Source: Takakia lepidozioides
Lineage: Eukaryota; Plantae; Bryophyta
Direction: 5' to 3'
NCBI GenBank assembly: GCA_030704615.1
Contig: CM060732.1
Span: 56,234,001 to 56,298,000, forward strand
Length of the DNA stretch: 64,000 nucleotides
Position numbers and translations under genes: made by a program. The notes below the pieces were generated by a model. The model did no database searches. It saw only the letters and a list, made by a program, of their open reading frames with translations, and was not told where the DNA came from. Shown here piece by piece: positions 38,711 to 50,206 of this stretch. Numbering within the stretch: position 1 is the first letter of the stretch; every line of letters begins with the position of its first letter.

Positions 38711-40109
38711 AGCTATGTCCCTTCACAAAGCGCCTAATCCGAATTTATGGAGGAAGGGTAAACACCTTTCTCAGTGCCCCTCCACTCTTGGGTGGTTGAA
38801 TTCAAACCTAACCTTAAGAGGCTTCATTAAAACCAATCTTTGATTTTATGGGGATCTGGTCAATTTAGCTCACAATGGCTCTAATTTATATATTTAAACA
38901 ATGCAAATCTTATATAATAAATAATAAATAGAGACATTTCCTACAAGTGGAAAATCTCGGGGAGATTCCAAAGATTCCACTTACATCTCTATGGGAACAC
39001 AAAAACCTATTGAGAACGCATTCCTTCACGGGGAACCGCTTCAATGGTGGGGGAAACCAGTTCTTGAGGTTAAATGACAGATGACTACTTTTAAGTGTCC
39101 ACATTCATCCACTTGGATGAGTTACAAGACAAAACAAAATAAAACAAAATGAAACATGCATACCAAATTATATTAACATACTCCAGTGGTGATACCTCAT
39201 TCTTACCTTTTATTTCTATGAGAATGAGGATGATCTACCACCGGAACCGGTCATCCCCTACTTCTAAACACTACACTATTCGCATACTGTAGCTTAAAAT
39301 TAAGGATAAAGTATTTTTGCTCATATCCCAATCTTTCATTGTCTCTCCATAAGGCTCATCCTCTATAAGCTCCAAGAAGAAAACAACATACCTCCAGAAT
39401 ACCACCATCTGGGGTTACCATATATATTAAACTCAAGAATTATGGATCATTAGATCAAAAGATGTATGCAAAAGATATTTAAAGAGGGTTAGAAAAAAAT
39501 CCTACCCAAAAAAATCCTAGGACCTCCCCCCTAAAGTCCAGAGACCAGCGGTCAGTGGGGGAAGGCAGTAGCGCCCGCCGAGGCGCGATTGGCCATGGAC
39601 CGGCACTGACGGGCCTCCGCAGGCGCCGTCTAGTGGGCGGGCTGCTGGGGCGATTGCCCAATAGTCTGTCCAGTAAAATAATCGAGCGCATGTACGCATG
39701 CCGGGCCTGGGCCCGGATGCTTGTCAGTAGTCATTGTTTGTTGTTGGGGCCCGTGCGACAAGCAGTGCTGCGACGTCCTTGCTTGGGCTGACCCCGGCTA
39801 TTGACCAAATGGCTATGGTGGCTTGGCTCCACCCAGAAGCCCCTACCCTGGGTTATGATGGAACTGACCAGCCTCTAGAATATGAAATATAAAAAACACA
39901 AAAAAAAAAAAAAAACCCACCCCCCCTCCCAAAGGTTTCCTTCTCTCTTGCTTGGGGGGTTAGTGGATCTTCCTTGGCCTCCGGCCCAAACCTTCATATG
40001 TTGTCTTATATGGACAGAGCGACCAGTTAGTATTTGCTAGCTTAGAAAAATAATATAGTAGAATAAAATAAATAACAAAACCACTTGATGTTTTTGGAAT
40101 GGAACTCTC

Positions 40110-41200
40110 CCTCTCTTCAAAAATATGTGCGACAACCAAAATCTGGTGGTCGTAGATTATTTTTAAAAACAATACATGTGATCGCCGAAATTCGGAGGTC
40201 AAATGTAATTTATTTAAATAAAATACGTGCGATCGCTCAAATTCGGTGATAGCACGTAAAATATTTTTGATAAATAAATGCAACTGCCAAAATTCAGCGA
40301 TCATCTGTAATTTAATTTTTCAAAATTTGATGGGACTGTCAACTCTAACGGTCAACGGTCGCACACACTATGAAAATAAAAAATTGTATGTGACCGTCAA
40401 CATTGGCGGTTGCACTAAGAAACTTTGTGTGTGTATTTTTATATGTATTTTTCATATTTCCTGAAAATGGGTGCGATCGTCAATTATTGTGGTCGCACTT
40501 ATTTTAGAATAAAAATGAAATACGACCGCCAACCCTAGCAGTTGCACCAATTTGTGAAACAAATTAATTTTTTTGGGCAAAAATGGATGTGACTGCCAAT
40601 TATGGCGATTGCGGCTATGAAAAAATAAAATAGTACGTGCGACCATCAGTCTCAACAGTCGCACTAACTTTACAAAATAATAATAATAATAAAATAATCT
40701 CCTGAACTTTTGTGCGACCATCAATTATGGCCGACGTGCTAATTTTTAGAAAAATAAAAATATATATTTTTTCAAAATTATGTGCGTCGTAATTATGGTA
40801 ATAGCATATATCAAAAACAAATACATGTGACCGCCATAATTGGTTGTTACACCTATTTAAAAAATAAAAACATTATGTGCAACCGTCAATTATGGCGATC
40901 ATAAATATCTAATTTTTTCTTAAGGAAAAACATGTGACTGTCATAATTAGCGGTCGCACCTACTTTTTTCTTAAAAAATATACATACGACTATCGGACTT
41001 GGCGATCGAAAAAAAAATAGAAAAATAAAAATTGTTGCAGTTTATTATATATATTGAATATTCAATCGACCGTCAATATTTTACGATAGTATATAATTAA
41101 AATATTTTTACTGCCAAATTTCAGCGTCGGAACTAATTAGAAATACAAAAATTTAAAGCGACCGTGGTCCCAGCGAATGTATTCATTTTCAAATAATATA
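40110..41200. repeat. Array of degenerate palindromic units (TGCGACCG...CGGTCGCA) in AT-rich spacers, probably a DNA-transposon subterminal region
   Basis: Many imperfect copies such as gtgaccgtcaacattggcggttgcac. Ends near a CACTA-like terminus TTTGTAGTG at 41218-41226. Confidence 0.6.
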
Positions 41201-43540
41201 ATTAAACCATTAAAATATTTGTAGTGCTAGTTGGACTCCTTTTGTGCTATCCACGGTGCAATTGGGCTGCCACCTCGATATCTAGGATAAAAGTTTATTT
41301 ACTGGTGGCTACCTTACCCGTACTTAAAAACGTACATGGACATTACATCTTTACCACATACCACACATCAGACGCGCCCTTACTATTATACCTACCACTA
41401 CCCCCATACACCCGAGGAATAACTGGACATCGGATCCACGTATCACTTGCCTAAATACTTTAACAACATGTCAAGCACTTATGCCTCCACCTGCCAATCC
41501 CCAAGATATTCCTAATTGGATAGCTGCTCTCTCCAAAATTGGAAGAGATGCCAAAAAAGCCGCTTACAATATTACCAAACAAAAAGTCGCCACCAAATCA
41601 CAAAAAAATTGTCTCTTTTTTTAACCAACTGCTACGCGACCACCCCAAAATAGCTCATAAAGCCATATTTAATCTTGCCCTCAACCCACCAATTGATTGT
41701 CTCAAACACAGGCATGGCCACCTGCTAACCAATCCAACGGACATCAACCAAGAAATATGGTTACAAGCATCCTCAACCTACACTCCCACAGTTACAAACT
41801 GTCTACACCCTAGTCTCCACACTGCTAATTGTATGTGTAAAGCTAAACACTATCCATGGCATGATATAGATGGCTTCTCGATTGACAATAGAGGATCCCC
41901 AACGGACCGTATTCTAGACTTATTCACAATAGATCTCTACGAATCATATCTCAAAAAACTATCTAAATCTAAAGCCCCGGGCCCTGATCTTATCCCAAAT
42001 GCCATACTTCAAGCATTGGACCCTTAACTTCATCACCTATTCTTTAAAAAATTTCAACTATGTTACAAACTGAAACGAATTCCACACTCTTGGAAGCATA
42101 GCCGCACCATTCTACTCTTTAAAAAAGGTGACCCTACAGATCTTAGTAATTACAGGCCCATAGCACTGGCCAACACCATATACAAGCTATTCACCAGACA
42201 ATCTCGCCATCCTAGCACACAAACCACAACACCTAAACCGACAAGTTAACAAACTATTTCGATTCAATCTATGGTCAGGCATGGGACTCAGCTTACACAA
42301 ATGCGCCATCACTACCGCCACACATCACAGTCGGCTCACTAAAGCAGCCATAGCCTCACATTGCAAACTCTATGTACACTACCAAAACACATTTTTCCCT
42401 TTCCTGGGACCAGATGAGCCATACACCTACCTGGGTATCCAATTAGTACCCTCCCTCACCTGGCACATCCAAAAAGACTCTACATCATCCAAACTAGCTA
42501 CCAAAAGTCTGGCCCTACTCAAATCCCCAATTGTCATCCGTCCGAAACTATCAATCATTCAATCCGTACTACAAACGCAAATTCAATACTCATTTCATGC
42601 CGCACCCTTCTCCCTACCAGACATCAAAAAACTTGATAAAAATATTATTCAACTCACAAAGCGTGTATGTGGCTTACCAACTAGTACCCCTAATGCCCTC
42701 ACGCAACTCCCAACTGACAGCTACGGAATCGGTTCTAGCCCCTTAATCATATCATACGCTCGCACATTAGGCACACAATTAAAAGAAGCACTCAACAATC
42801 CTCGACGTCTCGGTATCATTTATCAGGGCCTCCTCAAACACGTCGCATTAAAATACAATGGCGTTTACTCACTATCATCATTGCACCCACAAGCCTGCCT
42901 ACACTCCCCTACTGCCCGCACACTACTCATCCTACGCCAAATGAAAATTAGCATACAAACCGACCTGCCGGATTACCCTAACACCTCGTCACCCCTAGAA
43001 CGCGCATGGCTCACAAACCCTTTCTTATCACAATTCGACATCTCTCATCCGAAACAAAAAATCCCCATCCTTACATATTTCAAAGAACGTCAAATTACCA
43101 CCCTCACCCAACTTACCACCGCCTCCAGCCATCGACTTTTAAAACCAGACGACTTCACTCTTAAATTATCCGGAGCTACGACCAAAACCACTCGATACCT
43201 ACACCATCTCTGAACCCCCTCAGCAACTTGCACCCTCCACTGCGATATCCCATGTCTCTACTATCCCCATACAGTTCAAGACCTGCTCCCCCAGTACCGA
43301 TCCTCCCCTACTGCCTCCATCTATCAAACACTTAGAACGGCATATGCCGCCAATACCCCCACAGTCACAGAACCCGGCCCCCCCTCTCATCTCTCTAACA
43401 CACAACATACCGAACTTGACCACAACCCGAATGTGCCATTTAACCCCTCACCTAATATGCAAGGCCCCCCCACCCACTCCCAACCACTCACCACAGCGCC
43501 CCCCCCATCTTCTCCACACAACGATGACAATAATAATGCA

Positions 43541-43740
43541 TACATCATTGAAGCCATACTAGGAGTCAAAACCCAAACATCAATCGATGCCTTCGGTGCC
43601 ACATGTATTGACACCTACTACCACTGTAAATGGGCTGGTTACTCCTCAGAAGACAACACATGGCAGATAACAGATGACCTATTTGGCCCACATGACGATT
43701 GTGACCCTGAACACAATCTTGCCCTTCTCACCTCCTTCCA
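43541..43740 (+). other. Chromodomain within the non-LTR ORF
   Basis: YIIEAILG...YYHCKWAGYSSEDNTWQ matches the chromo consensus (Y.VE.I...Y.vKW.GY..edNTWE), with aromatic cage residues Y, W and Y retained. Confidence 0.85.
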
Positions 43741-44139
43741 TAAACATACTAACACGGACTACTTAACACACATTCACCAACAACACACCACCCCCGCCCA
43801 ACTTACAGATAGTCGATACATTCACCAGCCGATCTCTGCCCCTAACGTGTACATCTGCACAACTGAGTGTAACCCCGACAAAGATGTCAAGCACGACCAA
43901 CCTCTAATTCACATGGGCCCCCGCCTTTCCAATATTTACGCTCAACACGGCCGCTTCATTGGACTCATTCCTAATAACAGATTAACATGGTTGTGGGAGA
44001 AGTATTCTACTGCAAACTCATACCCACAATCTTTACAACCCCCAAACAAGACTTCGCGACCGAATTATATTGGCTCACAGACCGCTACCTCAAAGACACC
44101 CCCCCCAAGAATCTATGATCCCTCACCCGACTAGAAATA

Positions 44140-44626
44140 GCATGCGCATACTATGCCATACCCCAAGATATTCTCGCCTTGCTTATCCATACATTCCAGC
44201 TTACTCACTCACTCATATTATTCCAATCCACTGACATGTCCTATGGACTTGCACACATTTTCCAGCCCGCACCACAGGGATTGTCTCTTTGGAGCTACCA
44301 GTAATGCTACCCAACATACCTGGGAGGGTAAGGGCTTTGCCCACCCCCCCTTTGGCCCTCTCGCTTATGAAGCTCTCCAATGGGCAAGATTTGCAGCACA
44401 CTCCTCTCCTTTTGCCTCCACAATCCTCATCCTCACACAACAAAATACACCTAACACCCCCCACCCTCTCCTACGACTCCTGGAAGGGATCAATCTACTC
44501 GCCACAATTGACCCAAATCAGCTTAAGTACGCTCATACCCCCCCTCTTCCCAAGTACCTCAAAAGGAAAGAACCTACCCTAACTCTGATTCTACATGTCC
44601 AAACCCCCTTCATACAAACATACTGA
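44140..44626 (+). other. PCIF1/CAPAM-like N6-adenine methyltransferase domain within the non-LTR ORF
   Basis: After correcting a 4-bp ACTC slippage near 44205: YAIPQDILALLIHTFQLTHSYYSNPLTCPMDLHTFSSPHHRDCLFGATSNATQHTWEGKGFAHPPF...SSPFASTILIL. This is collinear with the PCIF1 core as recalled (LP..VF..L...F....ECFASPLN....YCS....D..FGS.G.......GS..ANPPF...SSPEPLSFIVFIP). Confidence 0.7.
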
Positions 44627-44853
44627 CACCTTTTTTCCACCAGCTAGACCAGTTGCTAACCATAACTCATAAAATGAAGGTCACCATTCCTTTACCCAAC
44701 TACACCCCTCCACACCCACACAACCACCACATTTTTTGCTGCATGGGCCCCCCCCCCCCCCCCCCCCCCCAAGGTAATACCAGCAACCCCCCTTCCCCAA
44801 TCCCCTCAATATATCAACAAAACATCACCCTCAAGTATCCCCCGACAAACTCA

Positions 44854-45225
44854 CACTACACCGATGGATCCCTCACCAAACCTAATGCAGGATATGGAAT
44901 TTATCACGCCGACAGCGGTCGGGGTGTTGCCCTCCGGCTCCCTGGCCCTGCCACCATTCTAAGGGCTGAGCTCATGGCCATCCACGACGCTCTCTCTCTA
45001 CTTGATGCTTCCCCCCCCTTACTACATCTTCATTGATAGCCTCACCTCTCTATTTCTTATTCGAAACCACATCTCCCGCCCTTCTTCCCATCATCATCAC
45101 CCCGACCGCAACCTCATTGCCGCCATTGTCCAAAGGGTCATTTCCAAAAACATCCAGTCCATTTCCTCAAAGTTCGCTCGCACACTGGCATTCATGGTAA
45201 TGAGGAAGCAGACCTACTCGCTCAA
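44854..45225 (+). other. RNase H domain
   Basis: YTDGS...AGYGIY...RAELMAI...FIDSLTSL...KVRSHTGIHGNEEADLLA: catalytic D-E-D-D and His are present across two frameshifts. Confidence 0.9.
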
Positions 45226-46599
45226 CTCGGAGCCTCTCAACCCACAATCGAACCCACAGCCGACCCTTTTCACATCGCCCATACCCATCCCTTCTGGTTC
45301 ATACACCCCGTCCCGGACCCCCCTGCACCCAGACCAATCCGAAACCTTTTGATCACTCTAACCAGAGAAGCAAACAAGCAAGCTGCAACCTCCCTCAATC
45401 ACACCAATGTACACATCCAAAAATGGACTCAATCAAATGTATTGCACCATAAACTCTCAAATTATTTCTGCTAACCAAAGCTACCACTGACGCACAAATC
45501 CGACAAACACTCAAATTTAGATACGCCCAATACATGGGTCACCAGCGCAAACACATCTTCTGGCCGCATATGTTCCCATCTCCATACTGCCCATTATGTT
45601 CAACCACTCACCAAGCTCGTGACACCTGACCACATCTCCTCAGCCAATATACACACCCGACCATACATGGCCTTCACATCACACGACACAACCAGGTAGT
45701 CTGGCATCTCCATAAGCTCTTTCTAAACCGTGCTGAAACCAGATGGTTCTCGCTCATAAACGCTGGCACCTACCAAGGTCGGCCACCCGACCACACTAAG
45801 CCACCCTGGCTGCTACCGTGCATATGTACCCAATCACCATGCTCATGCCCTGCTAGGCTTTGCCCGGACATACTTCTTGTACAAGGCCTACCCATTAACA
45901 CCCTACGCCCCACCTCATCATCCCCACAATTCACCATTCATTTTATTAAATTCACATTTTGCCACGATCGTTACCCCAATGACTCGATTTTAGAAAAACG
46001 TCAAAAATATGCCCCGCTTATTCTTGCAATCAGATGGTATGGCTGGAAAACTGGGCCATTAACCGTCATCACCGCCAGTACTCAAGGCGGCATTCATAAT
46101 GCCAGTATCACCGACATAAATGATAACTTCAAAATTCCCACTCTTCCCATTCACAACTGCTTCAAAGCAATTCACCTCACGGCACTCCGTTCACTCACAG
46201 CTATTATCACCAACAAACGCCAACTGGAATCCGGCACCTCAATCGCACCCTAGGTCCCTCAGGGTACCCCTGGGTACCCAGGGGTACCACAGACTACTTT
46301 CTACGGTCACTTGATGTCCCACATGACACCTTTTTTTTTATAGGACCCACCCTCGAAAGGGGGCAGTAGCCGCAAGACGAAGTGGCTCTTAGTTACGCCG
46401 GCTTCGACCGGAGTCTTCTCTCTCTTTTACTTATAAAAAATACACGTAAAAAATATTTAAAAGAGATAACATCTATTTTGGATGTGATGTGTCATACATC
46501 TGGACGCGACGTCCAATGTGACGATGAAATATGAGTGTCACGTTACGTCCATTTGTACAGCCCTGGAAAAGATATTAGTCGGATCGAGTAAGAAATCCC

Positions 46600-47233
46600 T
46601 CTCCTCCCCCCCCCCTCCCTCCCTCCCTCAATCACCATCAGCCTGAGGCAGCATTTCGCTCCAATGAAGCGGAACCCCCCTTCCTCAACCAGTGGAGGGG
46701 TTAGACATCACGGAATCCTCCCAGGCAAATCTCAGCAAAGATGTATCCCCTAATCAAAGTGGACCTGCAAAATACGACCAAAGAAGTACTTTCTCTACAG
46801 GAGCACAACATTCTTGATCATTTCCCAGGAATGAAGGTAAGTAGGACTCAGGCAAGGGATTGGGCAATCAAGAACCTAGGGGGTTCGGGAGAGCTTCTGC
46901 ACCAATTCTGCAATGATAAAGGCAGGGGTTCTACACCATCAATTTTGAGACTCCGGGAGCTGCAGCACACGCTCTATCTCTCAATCCTCACTCCAGGGGG
47001 TTCAATGTTAATATCTTTCCATGGTCATCAAAGATGGGTCACAAAAACGGAAAACTCTGGGGCCCCAGAGTGGTCTCCGTTCCATTTCTCCCTGACCAAT
47101 ACTTGATCAATCTCCCAGACATTGCCAATCATTTTGGACACTACTTAGGATGCATAGGTGTCTTTGATCCCCTAATGAGCACGGAGAAGCTCCGCAAGAT
47201 TCTAGCTTGGAGTTCTGGGACTATAGCATCACG
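46600..47233 (+). pseudogene. Isolated 5' fragment of L1 ORF1, related to 10143-10700
   Basis: HFPGMKVSRTQARDWAIKNLGGSGELLHQFCNDKGRG / KNGKLWGPRVVSVPFLPDQYLINLPDIANHFG versus HFPGTKVDRATVRDWAIKHLGGPGELHQQFCHEKGRG / KNGKLWGPRIVSVPYIPDQYLINLADIANHFG. Confidence 0.85.
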
Positions 47234-47869
47234 ACAATGGCTGCGCAAGGTTTTTTTTGCAGGTTGGAAACTAACTGAATTTCGTCTGCCAGCTATTCTA
47301 GGGCGAAATTAGATCATTTGGCCCCACAAAATTTCTCATTTTGATTTTGGATGGTCATAAACATCCGAAAAGCTCCGCAAATGGGTGTCGTTGCGAACAC
47401 TAATAAAAAATCATCATCTTTGGTCAAAAACTCCCTTGGATACCCTTGAAATGTCTACGAATCCGCAGGTCCCTTGGATTCAACCTTCCAACCAGGCAAA
47501 AACTGTTGTGCGCATACATATCGAGCTTAGTATTCTATGGGCAGTGAATGCTCGTAATTGTGAGCCGCCAAAGAGACCCGACAAGCAGCTAGCGCCACTT
47601 TCGTACATGTGCCAAGGTATCGCGTGGGTTGTGGTGTATGCGTGTATACCAGATATCACCTAAACATAGGATGTGAGATTTGCACACCAAATTGGGTGTG
47701 TAACTAGCTGTGTAATTAATTCCATTCCATGGCACTTGCTGAAACAGGGGGTCTTCATTGGATTAAGGTTTCGCGCATGAGGTCTAATGGCAACACATAA
47801 CAACCCCCTTCCCTTCCTGGGCATCCTCAAATTCGGCCACCCAAACCCTCAACACCATTAACTCTGTCC

Positions 47870-48690
47870 AGACAGAGTTGGTGGTTTTGATTTGTTTTTT
47901 TAAGAAAAAATTATTTTGGATAAAATTGGGACCGCGAAAGCTATCACTTTATTTATTTTATTTATTTATATTTATTAAATTCGGGACCTCCAAAATTGGC
48001 TGTCCCAATTTTATTTATTTATTTTTAATAAAATTATGACCGCTAGAGCTGGCACGGGTGGTTCTGATTTTATTGTAAAAGAAAAACATACATGGACCGC
48101 CAGCTCTAGCAATCCAAATTTTACAAATAAAAACAAATAAAAAAAGACCATCAGCTCTGGCGGTCCCGATTTTATCCTTAAAATAAGAATGAATTTTAAA
48201 AAAAAAACATTGAGACCGCAGCCAGCTCTGACGCTCTAGATTTTATCCAATGTTTTTCTTTTTTGATTGCCAGAGTTGGCAGTCCCATTCTATTAGATAT
48301 TTTTTTTAAAGTAAGGTCCGCTAGAGCCAGCGGTACCGAATTTATTAAATAATTGCTTAAAGGTCGGGACCACCAACTCCGATTTAAATATCTTCTTAAA
48401 AATTAGGACGGCTAGAGTGACGATTCAGATTTATTAAATATATTTAAAATTCTGAGGCCGCCAGATTTGACGATCTCAAATATTTTCTGAAAATAATTTT
48501 GTAAAATTTCGAACCATCAGATATGACACGGCGGTTTACGTATTATTATATCATGTAAAAATTAAAAATTAAAATCAATTATACAACTTAATGTCAATTT
48601 TTGAGGTGACGTGGCTTACGCTAGGACTTGACTTTGGACGTGATGTTGACGTATGAGTGCCATGTTACATCATTTTGTGTAACTAGAGTT
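47870..48690. repeat. Array of palindromic GGGACCGCCAG.GCTGGCGGTCCC-like units in A/T spacers, ending in a TGACGTG-rich terminal block
   Basis: Repeated degenerate palindromes. The terminal block near 48590-48615 is an inverted match to 54245-54275. Confidence 0.65.
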
Positions 48691-49444
48691 GTAAGTTACA
48701 GACTAAAAATCTCTTGTCTTTTTCTCACTCGCAGGCTGGGATGACAAAGATTGTTGCGTCTTCCTGTTTTCTCCTCCACGCGCATGCCTACACAAGACTA
48801 TGTCCTCTCACCATCATGTAAACTTACAAACAAGATATTCAAAATATACAATCAAATGATGCAAATCCAACAAAAACATAGTTGTATCTCTAACGTACAC
48901 TTCGATGATCATTGTACTCAAAAATAGGATCCAATTACTCAGTGCGAGACTCCAAACCACTCTCTCACCCCACTTTTTTTTCATGTTTCTTCATGTCTGT
49001 CTGTTCTACTTTTCAATAGTTGATTGTCTTCATTTCTTGAAAATACCCACACATATTCTCGGTTGTTGTTGTGAGTTAGTCTCTATCCCCCCTCAATTTG
49101 ATACTTTTAGTAGCATGCATATTATCCAAAATTTCCGCAAACAATGGTTAGCAGATCATTAGAGCATAGGCCCAAACTCGTGGTTTCTTTGTCATAATAT
49201 TTATCTGTCACATTTTTTTGTGTACATTGTGCCTTACTTTGTGCATTGGCCAACCGTCTGTGAGGATTTAAGAATGTGTACATGTTATTACATTTGTTCT
49301 TTTCCTCATCATACAGTTTATTCAATCAAATTTAGATTTCTGATCAATCAAATCAGATTTAGATCTAAATCAGATTCGGAAGCTACGTCTTGATCGTAGT
49401 CCATGCCTTTTCTCTTGTCGTATTTATGGGTATATGCACATATA

Positions 49445-49830
49445 TGTTGACCACCAGCAGATGGGTGGTCGCATCATTTTTAGTTTTAAAAAATAGATGT
49501 GACCACCAGTAGGGGTGGTCGTATTTTTTTCTTTTCTTGAATAGTGGTCGCACAATTTTATTTTATTTTGTAATAGGTGCGACCACCAGCAGAGGGGTGG
49601 TCGCAGCATTTTTCTGTTTTTTAATATCTGTGACCACAAGCATGGGGGTGGTCGCAACATTTTTCTTTTCTTTAATAGGTGCGACCACCATCAAGGGGGT
49701 GGTCACAACATTTTTCTATTTTTTAATATCTGCGACCACCAACATGGGGATGGTCGCAGTAGTTTTTTTTATTTTAAATAGGTGTGACCACCAGCATGGG
49801 GTGGTCGTAATATTTGTTAATTAATTTAAA
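49445..49830. repeat. Tandem ~50-bp units GCGACCACCAGCA.GGGGTGGTCGCA with T-rich spacers
   Basis: About 8 visible imperfect palindromic units upstream of the DUF659 transposase. Confidence 0.7.
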
Positions 49831-50206
49831 TAACATGCGACGTCATCGTGCGACCTGGGGCCGTCGCAACATTGGATTCTGATTCGTCGAGCGTGTGGGG
49901 CTTGGAGGCTAGAGGGTATATAAGATGGTCACAATGCCCCTCACTTCTTTTGTGGCGAGTGAATGTTCTCCACAGTGTAGCCCAAGAGAAGGGTGCAGAC
50001 CGTTTGCTGTTGTGGCTTCCATCAGAGCCACTGCAACAAATTGTCGAAAAGCACAATACTACATGGTGCATTGATCCACTTGGATTCATGCCGTAGTGTT
50101 GGGCCATTGCATTCTGTTCTACCTTCTATTGCTCTTGACAAATCTATCAAGTACACTAGTGTTCTTCGTTCAACCTTAAGTCTGTGGTTAGGGTTCTGGG
50201 TGTGAG

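Larger units (their letters stand above)
41300..46427 (+). mobile_element. RLE-type non-LTR retrotransposon relic: RT, chromodomain, PCIF1-like adenine MTase, RNase H, zinc knuckle, restriction-like endonuclease
   Basis: RT: KAPGPDLIPN, KKGDPTDLSNYRPIAL, central deletion, DNL, YTYLGI. Chromodomain 43541-43700, MTase 44140-44450, RNase H 44854-45225. CPLC..H..RHN at 45588-45700; PDILL..IKF..EKRQKY at 45860-46015. (CT)n tail ends ~46427. Left boundary approximate. Confidence 0.85.

Noticed and set aside
39269-41226. Complete CACTA element
   Set aside because: The right end TTTGTAGTG is plausible, but candidate left ends match only 5-7 bases, which is within chance.
46347-46427. Known self-cleaving ribozyme (hammerhead, HDV-like, twister)
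   Set aside because: The catalytic core consensus sequences were not found; reported only as a structured 3' tail.
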